From positions 13,114 through 77,113 of the forward strand of contig MNVE01000009.1 in assembly GCA_001871475.1 (NCBI GenBank): a stretch of DNA of 64,000 nt, in the 5' to 3' direction. A program made the translations under genes and the position numbers. Source of the DNA: Candidatus Micrarchaeota archaeon CG1_02_47_40. Lineage in GTDB: Archaea > Micrarchaeota > Micrarchaeia > Anstonellales > CG1-02-47-40. The notes under the pieces were generated by a model. It searched no databases. It was not told where the DNA came from and worked only from the letters and a program-made list of their open reading frames with translations. Each line of letters opens with the position of its first letter. Position 1 is the stretch's first letter. Of this stretch, positions 1 to 8,820 are shown one piece after another.

Positions 1-4
1 GGAA

Positions 5-1078
5 TTGGTGGCTGAATATTTGGGATGCGAAAAAGAGGAGCTTGTGCAGAGGATGCTAAAGGCAATTGAAAAGCCCGCAAAGCCAAAGGAAGTAAAGACT
101 GCTGCATTTCTTGAAAATGAGGCGGATGATTTGAACGGCCTCCCTCTCCTCTTCCACTATCCGCAGGATGGGGGGGAATATATCACAAGCGGAGTCGTTA
201 TTGCGCAGGATGAGAAATACGGGAGAAATTGCTCATTCCACCGGATGATGAAGATAGGGAAAGATAAGTTGGTTGCAAGAATATTGGAGAGACACCTCAA
301 TGAGTTCATAAAAAGGGCGGGCGGGAGAAAGGAGATTGCAATATGCGTCGGTCTGCCCCCCAATATTTTGCTTGCGGCTGCCACTTCCGTGGAATTGGGA
401 GTGGATGAGCTGGGTATTGCGAATTCTCTCATGCCTCTTCAAACCGTGAGGCTGGAGAATGGCATTTCAGTGCCTGCCGAGTCCCAGATTGTGATGATTG
501 CGGAAATCACTCCTGAACTGGCTGATGAGGGGAAATTTGTTGATTTGACGAACACTTATGATATTGTGAGAAAGCAGCCAGTAGTAAAAGTGAAGAAGAT
601 TTACTACAAGACTGGAGCATTTTATCATGCGCTCCTTCCAGGGGGAAATGAGCATAAGTTATTGATGGGAATGCCGCGCGAGCCCACCATCTGGAGGGAA
701 GTAAGCAGGGTTTGTGAATGCAGAGGAGTGAATTTGACTTTTGGAGGGTGCTCCTGGCTGCATGCAGTGGTAAGTATAAGGAAGAAAAAAGAGGAAGATG
801 GAAAAAATGCTCTTGAAGCCGCTTTCAGGGGGCATTCTTCCCTGAAGCACGCAGTAATAGTGGATGATGACATAGACATTTACAATATGGAAGAGGTTGA
901 GTGGGCGGTTGCTGTGCGCTTTCAGGCGAAAAGAGGGCTTGTAGTGAAGGAGAATGAGAAAGGCTCTTCCCTTGACCCGTCCGCAGACCCCGCCACGCGC
1001 GCAACTTCAAAGATGGGAATTGACGCGACGAAATCACTTATGAGTAAAGGTAAAGATTTTGAAAGGGCACGGATGTGA
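5..1078 (+). CDS. UbiD-family (prFMN-dependent) decarboxylase, 5'-truncated at window edge; likely anhydromevalonate-phosphate decarboxylase of the archaeal mevalonate pathway
   Basis: 357-aa translation has UbiD-like architecture and sits directly upstream of the AcnX large/small pair. The start lies outside the window. Confidence 0.55.
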   Translation: MVAEYLGCEKEELVQRMLKAIEKPAKPKEVKTAAFLENEADDLNGLPLLFHYPQDGGEYITSGVVIAQDEKYGRNCSFHRMMKIGKDKLVARILERHLNEFIKRAGGRKEIAICVGLPPNILLAAATSVELGVDELGIANSLMPLQTVRLENGISVPAESQIVMIAEITPELADEGKFVDLTNTYDIVRKQPVVKVKKIYYKTGAFYHALLPGGNEHKLLMGMPREPTIWREVSRVCECRGVNLTFGGCSWLHAVVSIRKKKEEDGKNALEAAFRGHSSLKHAVIVDDDIDIYNMEEVEWAVAVRFQAKRGLVVKENEKGSSLDPSADPATRATSKMGIDATKSLMSKGKDFERARM

Positions 1079-1147
1079 AGCAAAATATGCTCCTTGCAAG
1101 AGAAGAAAAGGGAATGCCCGCTGGAAAGCGCAGGATGGATTGATTCT

Positions 1148-2341
1148 ATGCTCCTAACAAAAGAAGAGAAGGAAATGCTCTCCGGCAAATGCGGAAAAGC
1201 CGCCAAAAAGTCAATGGAAATTCTGGCAGCACTTGGGAAAATATACGGGGCAGCAAGACTTGTTAGCATCCGTTCTGTTCAAGTGGCAGGCGTTTCCTAT
1301 GACAATTTAGGGGAGGCTGGCTTGGAATATTTGGAGGAGCTTGCGCGCGATGGAAAGGTGAGAGTGCTAACCACCCTGAATCCAGCAGGGATGGATTTGG
1401 AGAATTATAGGAAGCTGGGGATAGGAGAAGAATTTGCAGGGAAACAGAAGCGCGTCATCAACGCATTCGTGAAAATGGGCATCGTCCCTTCCTGCACCTG
1501 CACCCCCTATTTCATCGGAAATAAACCCAAAAAAGGGGAGCACGCTGCCTGGAGCGAATCTTCTGCCGTATGCTTTGCGAATTCCGTCCTTGGGGTGCGC
1601 ACAAACAGGGAAGGGGGCCCTTCTGCGCTTGCCGCCGCGCTTACAGGGAAAACTCCGCTTTACGGGATGCACATTGAAAAGAATAGGCAAGCGCAAGTAT
1701 TGGTAAGAGTGGAATGCGAACTAAAGGAAACCTGCGAATTCGGCGCGCTCGGGAAGGCGGTCGGGGAAAAAATAGGAAATAGAATACCCCTGATTGTCGG
1801 GGTAAAGAAGGAAAATGCCGGCATTGAGCAGTTAAAATCGCTTTGCGCGTCCATCGCCACTTACGGAGGAACCGCGATGTTTCACATGAAGGGGATTACT
1901 CCTGAAAAAACGGAAATGCCAAAGGAGGAGTTGCTGATTGGCAGGAATGAAATCTCTACCGCTCTAAAGGAAATGAATGACGACTGCGAGCCTGATTTTG
2001 TCGCGCTTGGCTGCCCTCACCTCTCCCTCTTTGAGTTGAGAAGGATTGCTAAAATGGTAAAGGGAAAGAAGGTAAAGCTGGAAACCTGGCTGTGCGTCTC
2101 GCGGGGAGTGAAAAAAGAGGCGGAAAAGGAGGGAATTGTTCAAGCCATAGAAAACGCCGGAATTAAATTCGCCTGCGACACCTGCATGGTGGTTTCTCCC
2201 ATTGCCGGAAGGTTTAAGTGCGTGGCGACTGATTCAGCCAAAAGCTGTTATTATTCAAGGGCAAAGCAAAAGTTTAAGGTAAGGGTTGGAAGCTTTGAGA
2301 AATGCGTTGAATGCGCTATACGAGGTAAATGGGATGGCTGA
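1148..2341 (+). CDS. AcnX-family (DUF521) large subunit; putative phosphomevalonate dehydratase large subunit
   Basis: Aconitase-X type I-like sequence. The internal ATG at 1148 (MLLTKEEKEML) is preferred over ORF start 1094. It overlaps the small-subunit gene by 8 bp. Confidence 0.6.
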   Translation: MLLTKEEKEMLSGKCGKAAKKSMEILAALGKIYGAARLVSIRSVQVAGVSYDNLGEAGLEYLEELARDGKVRVLTTLNPAGMDLENYRKLGIGEEFAGKQKRVINAFVKMGIVPSCTCTPYFIGNKPKKGEHAAWSESSAVCFANSVLGVRTNREGGPSALAAALTGKTPLYGMHIEKNRQAQVLVRVECELKETCEFGALGKAVGEKIGNRIPLIVGVKKENAGIEQLKSLCASIATYGGTAMFHMKGITPEKTEMPKEELLIGRNEISTALKEMNDDCEPDFVALGCPHLSLFELRRIAKMVKGKKVKLETWLCVSRGVKKEAEKEGIVQAIENAGIKFACDTCMVVSPIAGRFKCVATDSAKSCYYSRAKQKFKVRVGSFEKCVECAIRGKWDG

Positions 2342-2789
2342 ATTTTCAGGCAGGTGCATTTTCTCCGGGAAGGCACATGGGGAGCTTCTCTTCTCCTCTG
2401 CGTCCATTTCCTTCTACGGGGGAGTGGATGCAAATACGGGCATTGTTGTGGAGAAAGGGCATCCCCTGCAGGGTAAGTGCATTGCGGGAAAAGTGCTTGC
2501 ATTTCCTCACGGAAAAGGCTCAACTATTGGCTCGTATGTGCTTTATCGCCTGAAGAAGAATGGCAAGGCGTCTCTTGCGCTCATAAACGAAAAAGCAGAA
2601 GCAATTATCGCTGTTGGGGCGATAATTTCCGAAATTCCCATGATTGATAAGGTTGATTTTGGAAAGCTGAAAGGATGGGATGGGAAGAAAGTAAGAGTGG
2701 ATGGAGATGCTGGGATTATAAGATTGGTTGATGGGGCGGGAAAAGTAAAGATGGATGCAAAAATGGGGAGCATACGGTTGATTCAATGA
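2334..2789 (+). CDS. AcnX small (swivel, DUF126) subunit; putative phosphomevalonate dehydratase small subunit
   Basis: About 150 aa with the GRCIFSGKAHGELL...FYGGVDANTGIV pattern typical of the AcnX swivel domain. Translationally coupled to the large subunit. Confidence 0.55.
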   Translation: MAEFSGRCIFSGKAHGELLFSSASISFYGGVDANTGIVVEKGHPLQGKCIAGKVLAFPHGKGSTIGSYVLYRLKKNGKASLALINEKAEAIIAVGAIISEIPMIDKVDFGKLKGWDGKKVRVDGDAGIIRLVDGAGKVKMDAKMGSIRLIQ

Positions 2790-3877
2790 AAGTCAAAGAA
2801 AACGGCATAACGCTCTCCGTCCAAAAGGGAGTTTTTTTCAACCCCAATATGGAAATCTGCCGGGATATCTGCTCTCTTGCGATTGGAGCTATTGGAAAAA
2901 AAATGGATGTTTGCGATGCATTCTGCGCAAGCGGGGTGCGGGGGATTAGGTATAAGAAGGAGAATAAGAACGTTGGAAAAACTCATTTCGTTGATTTCAG
3001 CGAGAGGGCAGTTGAGTGCGCAAAAAAGAATGCGAAGGCAAATGGGATGAATGAGTGCTCATTCGCCAAAGAAGAGGTCAGCCGCTTTCTCCTCTGCACC
3101 GATTCAGACTTCCAATTCCTGGAAATTGACCCGTTTGGCTCTCCTGCCCCTTACATTTTTGACGCATGCAGACATCTTTCGCGCATGGGAAAAGGGGAAA
3201 GGTATCTCTCAATTACCGCCACCGATACTGCCGTTCTTTGCGGGGCAGAGCATTCCGCCTGCGTGAAAGATTACATGGCTGTGCCCCTGCACAATGAATT
3301 GTGCCACGAGGCAGGGGTGCGCATACTGATTGCGTATGTGCAGAAGATGGGGGCGCAGTTTAACCTGCATCTTGAGCCTCTTTTCTCCCTCTCTGCTCTG
3401 CACTTTTTCAAAATAATTTTCAGGGCAGAGCAGGATGCGGGGAAGAGTTTTGAGGAGTTGCAGGAGTTGGGCTATCTCCTCTACGAGCAGAAGACGCTGG
3501 AAAGGAGGATAATGGGGAAGCCATTTGCCTGCGAAAGAAAGGAGCATGAGATTGTTGGGGGTCCTTTTTACCTGGGAAGATTACACTCTGAAAAATTGCT
3601 TTTGAAGATGATAAAGAAAAATGGAAAGAGAAAGTATGCGCAGAAGGAGAGGATTGCAAAACTGCTTTTGCTCATGAAAAATGAAAATTCACTTCCTCCT
3701 TTTCACTACGATTTGCACAGGATTGCGGACAGGTATTCTCTGAATCCTCCGAAGACGGATGCTGTTATTGAGATGCTGAAAAAGAAAGGGTTTTCTGCTT
3801 CAAGGACGCATTTCTGCCCCACTGCGGTGAAGACGACAGCGGGGTTGGAGGACGTGCTCAAAGGGATGAGAGTGTGA
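2786..3877 (+). CDS. trm1: tRNA (guanine26-N2)-dimethyltransferase Trm1
   Basis: FNPNMEICRD and DAFCASGVRGIRY motifs. 363 aa is the typical archaeal Trm1 length. Confidence 0.8.
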   Translation: MKVKENGITLSVQKGVFFNPNMEICRDICSLAIGAIGKKMDVCDAFCASGVRGIRYKKENKNVGKTHFVDFSERAVECAKKNAKANGMNECSFAKEEVSRFLLCTDSDFQFLEIDPFGSPAPYIFDACRHLSRMGKGERYLSITATDTAVLCGAEHSACVKDYMAVPLHNELCHEAGVRILIAYVQKMGAQFNLHLEPLFSLSALHFFKIIFRAEQDAGKSFEELQELGYLLYEQKTLERRIMGKPFACERKEHEIVGGPFYLGRLHSEKLLLKMIKKNGKRKYAQKERIAKLLLLMKNENSLPPFHYDLHRIADRYSLNPPKTDAVIEMLKKKGFSASRTHFCPTAVKTTAGLEDVLKGMRV

Positions 3878-3934
3878 AGGGGCGTGTGGCTCCAAGTCTT
3901 GCTTGGGGCGAAGAAGTTTTTGCATTGCTGATAT

Positions 3935-4783
3935 TTATTGTTTCTCCTGCAATGCATCGGTTAGATTGCCGAGAAGATTGAGAGTTTTTGCAGGCAGATT
4001 GGCAATGTCTTCCGGCTTCAGCTGGGATAACTTTGCCATAAGCGCGCCCAAATCCAGCGCGGGCGCATTCGCGCCCGTTTTTTCAGTCAGCACCCCGAGG
4101 CGGTTAGAAGGCCGCCTGCTGGCGTCGGCGTACCTGCCGTAGTAGTTGAGGATGATGTCGCAGCCAAGGGCGAAAAGCCCGCTCCAATTCACACCGTCCG
4201 ACCTAAAGAACTTTAAGGCATTTGGATTGGAACGTGTTGAAGGCACCCAAACATTGTTTTCAAACACATGCCAGCCGTTTTTTGTGAAGACGGGAACGCA
4301 TATCATTTTGTCAGGGTTTGCCCGCACAATAATTGCATTTTCCTTATTGTCAATCTCGTACTGGATTACCGGCTTGTCGTTTACAAGTCCAAGCCTTGCT
4401 AAAAGGATGTTATCTACCGCATTCAGAACGTCAATTTCATTCCCTTTTCCATCGGACAGATTCTTTTCCAGCTTGAAAAGGAGTTTTTTTGAGTTCCCTT
4501 TCTCGTCCTTATATTCAGAAACAATATAGCCATCATAGCGGCTTTCGAACTGTTTGTTTGCGTCCGCAAAAGAAACTCCCTGCGGTGCATACGAACCAAA
4601 ACGATCTGAAGCGCAAGGCAGATAAGCAAGAAAGCGATTACCGATTTTCCCCCATTCAGCAGCATATCTTTCAATTGAAATCGGGATTGCTCCCTTCGTT
4701 TGAAGGTCAAAAATTTGAGTAAGTGTCCTTCTCTGATTATTGTCAAACTTTGCGACTCCCAAAATAGTTCCCATTATGCCCAC
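3935..4783 (-). CDS. hypothetical protein (282 aa), divergent from AbiE module 1
   Basis: Long ORF with no recognisable motif. Its start is adjacent to the palindromic operator of the neighbouring TA module. Confidence 0.4.
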   Translation of the reverse strand: MGIMGTILGVAKFDNNQRRTLTQIFDLQTKGAIPISIERYAAEWGKIGNRFLAYLPCASDRFGSYAPQGVSFADANKQFESRYDGYIVSEYKDEKGNSKKLLFKLEKNLSDGKGNEIDVLNAVDNILLARLGLVNDKPVIQYEIDNKENAIIVRANPDKMICVPVFTKNGWHVFENNVWVPSTRSNPNALKFFRSDGVNWSGLFALGCDIILNYYGRYADASRRPSNRLGVLTEKTGANAPALDLGALMAKLSQLKPEDIANLPAKTLNLLGNLTDALQEKQ

Positions 4784-4897
4784 CTCTTGTGTTAGGTTAT
4801 GTAAAGAGAGTTTATAAAGCTTGTGGGAGTGTGTTTGAGGATGTGGTTAATGCCTTTCTCTCCTTGCAACCCTGCCAATTTAAATGTTTAACTAATC

Positions 4898-4920
4898 ATA
4901 ATTACCTTTTAGGTAATTAT
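4898..4920. promoter_or_regulatory. perfect inverted repeat ATAATTACC-N5-GGTAATTAT immediately upstream of the AbiEi-1 start; putative autoregulatory operator
   Basis: Palindrome read directly from the sequence and ending 1 bp before ATG 4921. AbiEi antitoxins are known autorepressors that bind inverted repeats. Confidence 0.4.
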
Positions 4921-5712
4921 ATGAAATCAAAAATAAGAGAGCGCGGGGGAATTGGAAAATTAGGCGCAAGACTCCTTTCCAAGATAAGTGCCAAAGAAAA
5001 AGAGGTTTTTACAGTAAAAGAAGCGGAAGAGGAGCTTGGCATGAAAGGAGGGAACTTGAGAAAACTGCTCTTCTCTCTAAACAGGAACGGATGGGTTGAG
5101 AGAATAGAGAGGGGAAAATACCTAATCCTGCCACTGGAAGCAGGCGCAAAACCAGACTACGGCACCCATCCATACATCATTGCCAGAAAGCTTGCAAATC
5201 CGTATTATATTGGCTTTGCGTCTGCGCTCAATTATTACGGGATAACGGAACAGGTTGGCAGAACCATTTATACCGCAACCTTAAAGTCAAAACTGCCTCT
5301 TGCCTTCCACTCGGAAAATTACCGCTTTGTCTGCCTTTCAAAAAAGCGTTTTTTTGGAGTAAGAGAGGAATGGATTGGCAATCTGAAATTCAATATCTCG
5401 GATAAGGAGAAAACGCTCATTGACTGCCTTTACCTGCCCGAATACGGCGGCGGCTTGAGCGAAACAGCAAAAACCTTTCGTGAAAAGCTTGATTATGAAA
5501 AATTATACGGTTATGCAGTTCGCATGAAGGATTTGGCAGTGTTAAAGAGGCTTGGATATCTTTTGGATATTCTGAAGGTAAAGACAAAGATAAAGGGAAT
5601 GCTGCTTGAAAAGATTGCCGGAGGGTATTGCCTTCTTGATACCTGCGGAGCAAATGAAGGAAAGAAAAATAAGAAATGGCGCGTAATTGAAAATGTGGAG
5701 GTGGAAGAATGA
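4921..5712 (+). CDS. AbiEi-like antitoxin/transcriptional regulator (TA module 1)
   Basis: N-terminal wHTH and a C-terminal SALNYYG-type AbiEi motif. It overlaps the downstream nucleotidyltransferase gene by 4 bp. The internal ATG at 4921 is preferred over ORF start 4789. Confidence 0.6.
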   Translation: MKSKIRERGGIGKLGARLLSKISAKEKEVFTVKEAEEELGMKGGNLRKLLFSLNRNGWVERIERGKYLILPLEAGAKPDYGTHPYIIARKLANPYYIGFASALNYYGITEQVGRTIYTATLKSKLPLAFHSENYRFVCLSKKRFFGVREEWIGNLKFNISDKEKTLIDCLYLPEYGGGLSETAKTFREKLDYEKLYGYAVRMKDLAVLKRLGYLLDILKVKTKIKGMLLEKIAGGYCLLDTCGANEGKKNKKWRVIENVEVEE

Positions 5713-6497
5713 TAACACAAAACACGCTCGCGCAAATATCAAGGAAGGAAGGCATAGGCTGGACTGTGGTGGAGAAGGATTATTTCCTTACACTGCTCCT
5801 TGACGCGATTGCGAACACTCCCTTCCTCCATGAAAACCTCATATTCAAGGGAGGCACTGCATTAAGGAAAGCATACTTTGGGGATTACCGGTATTCGGAG
5901 GATTTGGATTTTACGCTGAAAAAGGAGCTCGGAAGCGAAGAGGTACGGAGTTCGTTTGAAACTGCGCTTGCCTACTTGGAAGAGAAATACAATGCAAGCC
6001 TTGCCATAAAGGATTTTGACAGCAAGAGGCATTTCACAGATGTGAAAGTGCAGTTTGTCGGCTTGAAGGGCAATAAAAACAAAATTGCCGTGGATTTGAT
6101 TGCCGATGAGATAATTGTGGATGAGCCTCTTGAAAGGAAGATTTTGAATATTTATTACAAAAAAGAGTTTTCGATGAAAGTTTATTCGCTTGAGGAGATT
6201 GTTGCTGAAAAATTGAGGAGTTTTATGCAGAGAACGAGGGTAAGGGATTATTATGACGTATGGTATCTTCTAAAGCACGCCAATCTTGATAGGAAAAGGA
6301 TTGCGGAAATTTTCTCAAAAAAGGTTGAATACAAAAAACTCCCATTTGAAGGAAAGGAGAGACTTTTGAATGAGGAGAAGCTCGCGCAGGCAGAGGCTTA
6401 TTATGATTCGCAGATAGGCAACCAGCTCAAGAATTTGCCGCCTTTCAAAAAAATAGCTGATGAGTTGAGGAAAGAAATAGAAACGCTTGAGCTTTGA
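5709..6497 (+). CDS. AbiEii-like nucleotidyltransferase toxin (DUF1814)
   Basis: KGGTALRKAYFGDYRYSEDLDFT signature of the AbiEii/AbiGii family. Confidence 0.7.
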   Translation: MITQNTLAQISRKEGIGWTVVEKDYFLTLLLDAIANTPFLHENLIFKGGTALRKAYFGDYRYSEDLDFTLKKELGSEEVRSSFETALAYLEEKYNASLAIKDFDSKRHFTDVKVQFVGLKGNKNKIAVDLIADEIIVDEPLERKILNIYYKKEFSMKVYSLEEIVAEKLRSFMQRTRVRDYYDVWYLLKHANLDRKRIAEIFSKKVEYKKLPFEGKERLLNEEKLAQAEAYYDSQIGNQLKNLPPFKKIADELRKEIETLEL

Positions 6498-6498
6498 A

Positions 6499-7395
6499 TC
6501 ACATCGCCCGTAGCGCCTTCACTCTCTCCTCAATAGGCGGATGCGTTGAGAAAAGCCCTGCCAGTTTCCCTGCAAACGGATTCACTATGAAAAGGGGAGC
6601 GGTTGAATCCGACGCGCTCTTTAGGGGCTGTTTGTTCTTCCCAAGCTTTTCCAGTGCAGAAGCAAGCCCATCCGGGTTGCGTGTAAGCTTTGCAGCGGAA
6701 GCATCAGCGAGAAATTCCCTTTTGCGGGAGATTGCCAAACGAACAAGCTGTGCCGCAATAGGGGCGAGCACCATGAAAAGTATTCCGATTATGAGAATAA
6801 ACGCCCCTCCGCCTCCTTTTCTCTCTCCGCCGCCCCTTCCCCCTCCAAACCAGAAGAAATACCTCATGAATATGTTGCTCATTATGCCAATCATCCCTAT
6901 CAGCACCACCACTAAAGTTGCAAACCGTATGTCGTAATTTTGTATGTGCGACATCTCGTGCGCAAGCACTCCCTCAATTTCCTGCCTGTCCATCAGTGCA
7001 ACAAGGCCGCTTGTCACTGCAATGACTGAATTTTTAGGGTCCCTGCCGGTAGCAAAGGCATTCGGGGAGGCATCGTCTATTATGTATAATTTAGGGGCTG
7101 GGATGCCTGCTGCTATTGCCAAGCCTTCAGCGGTGTGAAATAAGTGAGGGTATTCCTCTTTTCGGACAGGGCGCGCGCCGGTAGCAGCAAGGACGATTTT
7201 ATCCGAGTAATAGTAACCGCCTAAAGAGTAAACGATGGCAAATGCTGCAACTGCAAACATTCCCAGCGGCCCTGCATCCATTAAATACGCAAAGAAGAAG
7301 CCAAGAATGAAAACAAGCGCGAGCACTGCCCCAAACAGCGCATAAGATTTCCACTTGTTCTCGGAAATCTGCGAGTAGAAGCTTTTGTGCTCCAA
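6499..7395 (-). CDS. htpX: zinc metalloprotease HtpX (M48)
   Basis: HEMSH zinc-binding motif and N-terminal transmembrane segments. Confidence 0.85.
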   Translation of the reverse strand: MEHKSFYSQISENKWKSYALFGAVLALVFILGFFFAYLMDAGPLGMFAVAAFAIVYSLGGYYYSDKIVLAATGARPVRKEEYPHLFHTAEGLAIAAGIPAPKLYIIDDASPNAFATGRDPKNSVIAVTSGLVALMDRQEIEGVLAHEMSHIQNYDIRFATLVVVLIGMIGIMSNIFMRYFFWFGGGRGGGERKGGGGAFILIIGILFMVLAPIAAQLVRLAISRKREFLADASAAKLTRNPDGLASALEKLGKNKQPLKSASDSTAPLFIVNPFAGKLAGLFSTHPPIEERVKALRAM

Positions 7396-7409
7396 GCAAA
7401 ATCACCTGC

Positions 7410-7982
7410 TCACTCAAACTTCACTTTGGGCAGTTTCTTTTCAGCTTCCGCAATCTCAAAGTAAGCCCTCTGCTTCAATCCCATGAAGCCGGCGAGTATG
7501 CTTGAAGGAATCGTCTGTATTTTTGTGTTGAATTCAAGCACAGAATCGTTGTAGAATTGGCGTGCGTAGGCGATTTTGCCTTCTATTCCTGAAAGTTCCT
7601 CCTGCAAAAGCTTGAAATTCTCGCTTGCCCTTAACTGCGGATAGTTTTCAGCAACAGCAAAAAGGGATTTCAGAGTTGAGGTAAGCATGTTGTCGGCTTT
7701 TGCCTTTGCTTCTACTGTTTTTGCGCCCATTATTGCAGAACGCGCTTTCGTAACATCCAAAAATACGCCCTTCTCGTGCTTTGCATAGCCCTTTACTGTC
7801 TCCACGAGGTTTGGTATCAAATCTGCCCTCTTTTTCAGTTGCACATCTATTTGCGCCCAGGAGTTGTCTATGCGGTTTTTGAGAGTGATTAAATTGTTGT
7901 AGATGAAAATGAGCACGAGTATTGCAAACAGGAGAACTATTCCTACAATCGCTAATATGTCAAGCCCGAACATTAAAACCAC
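7410..7982 (-). CDS. lemA: LemA family protein
   Basis: N-terminal TM segment followed by a LemA-like sequence. The HtpX-LemA pairing is conserved. Confidence 0.75.
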   Translation of the reverse strand: MVLMFGLDILAIVGIVLLFAILVLIFIYNNLITLKNRIDNSWAQIDVQLKKRADLIPNLVETVKGYAKHEKGVFLDVTKARSAIMGAKTVEAKAKADNMLTSTLKSLFAVAENYPQLRASENFKLLQEELSGIEGKIAYARQFYNDSVLEFNTKIQTIPSSILAGFMGLKQRAYFEIAEAEKKLPKVKFE

Positions 7983-8067
7983 CCGAAAGATATACGGAGG
8001 GGCTGCTTAAAAAGAATGCGGTTTTTGTGGGGGTCGGAATCCTGCCCTCTGCGCTTGTATATAAACG

Positions 8068-8454
8068 GTGCAAAACGCACTTGTTTCGGGAAGCCGAAAG
8101 CATTATATATGGGATTTGATGCCATATATTGCAGGTTTCCACGGGGCGATGCCGATGGAAATCATAAGACAATACAAAAAGCAGTATCCGAATACGGATA
8201 GGAAAATAGTTGAAGTGATGAAGGTGGATGATGCAAGATATGCGGATGGCATAATCTACACGTTCAGATACCTGCGCTATGAAGCGAAAAAGGAAGAATA
8301 CGAAACCGCATTCGCAATAGAAAACTCGCATGGGCAGCCGCACATTCATCGCGAGAATAAACGGGAAGATGTAGATTTTGACTGGAAGAAAGCAATGTCT
8401 GAATTTGAACGGATGGTTAAGGGATATAGAAAAATGAAATATGGAAAAGATTGA
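8068..8454 (+). CDS. small hypothetical protein with an HGQPHIH motif; possible toxin-like partner of the downstream wHTH gene
   Basis: About 110-128 aa. Start is uncertain. Tightly linked (9 bp gap) to the downstream DNA-binding protein. Confidence 0.3.
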   Translation: MQNALVSGSRKHYIWDLMPYIAGFHGAMPMEIIRQYKKQYPNTDRKIVEVMKVDDARYADGIIYTFRYLRYEAKKEEYETAFAIENSHGQPHIHRENKREDVDFDWKKAMSEFERMVKGYRKMKYGKD

Positions 8455-8463
8455 GGTGAGTGC

Positions 8464-8820
8464 ATGGTGAAAATAGTGATAATGGATGACGAATCCATTC
8501 TCAAGGAAACGATAGATGCGGTTGAAAAGAGAAAAGTGCAGAAAGAGGATTGGATAATCTATTTCGATTCCATAGATGACTTCAGGAAGGTGCTGACGAA
8601 GGAGAGGATGAATGTGCTTCGGACTGCAAGGGCGCAGAAGCCTTCTTCCATTTATGAACTTGCAAAAATGCTTGGGCGCAATTTCAAAAGTGTTATGTTT
8701 GACGCGAGGCTGTTGGAAGATTTTGGACTTTTGAGCCTGGAAAAATACAAGGAAGGGATGAGGGTGAAGGTAAGGCCCGTCGTAAAAGCAAGGATGCTGA
8801 AGATGGAGATGAAGATTTAG
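8464..8820 (+). CDS. small winged-helix DNA-binding protein
   Basis: 118 aa with a predicted wHTH around NVLRTARAQKPSSIYELAKMLGRNFKSV. Confidence 0.35.
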   Translation: MVKIVIMDDESILKETIDAVEKRKVQKEDWIIYFDSIDDFRKVLTKERMNVLRTARAQKPSSIYELAKMLGRNFKSVMFDARLLEDFGLLSLEKYKEGMRVKVRPVVKARMLKMEMKI

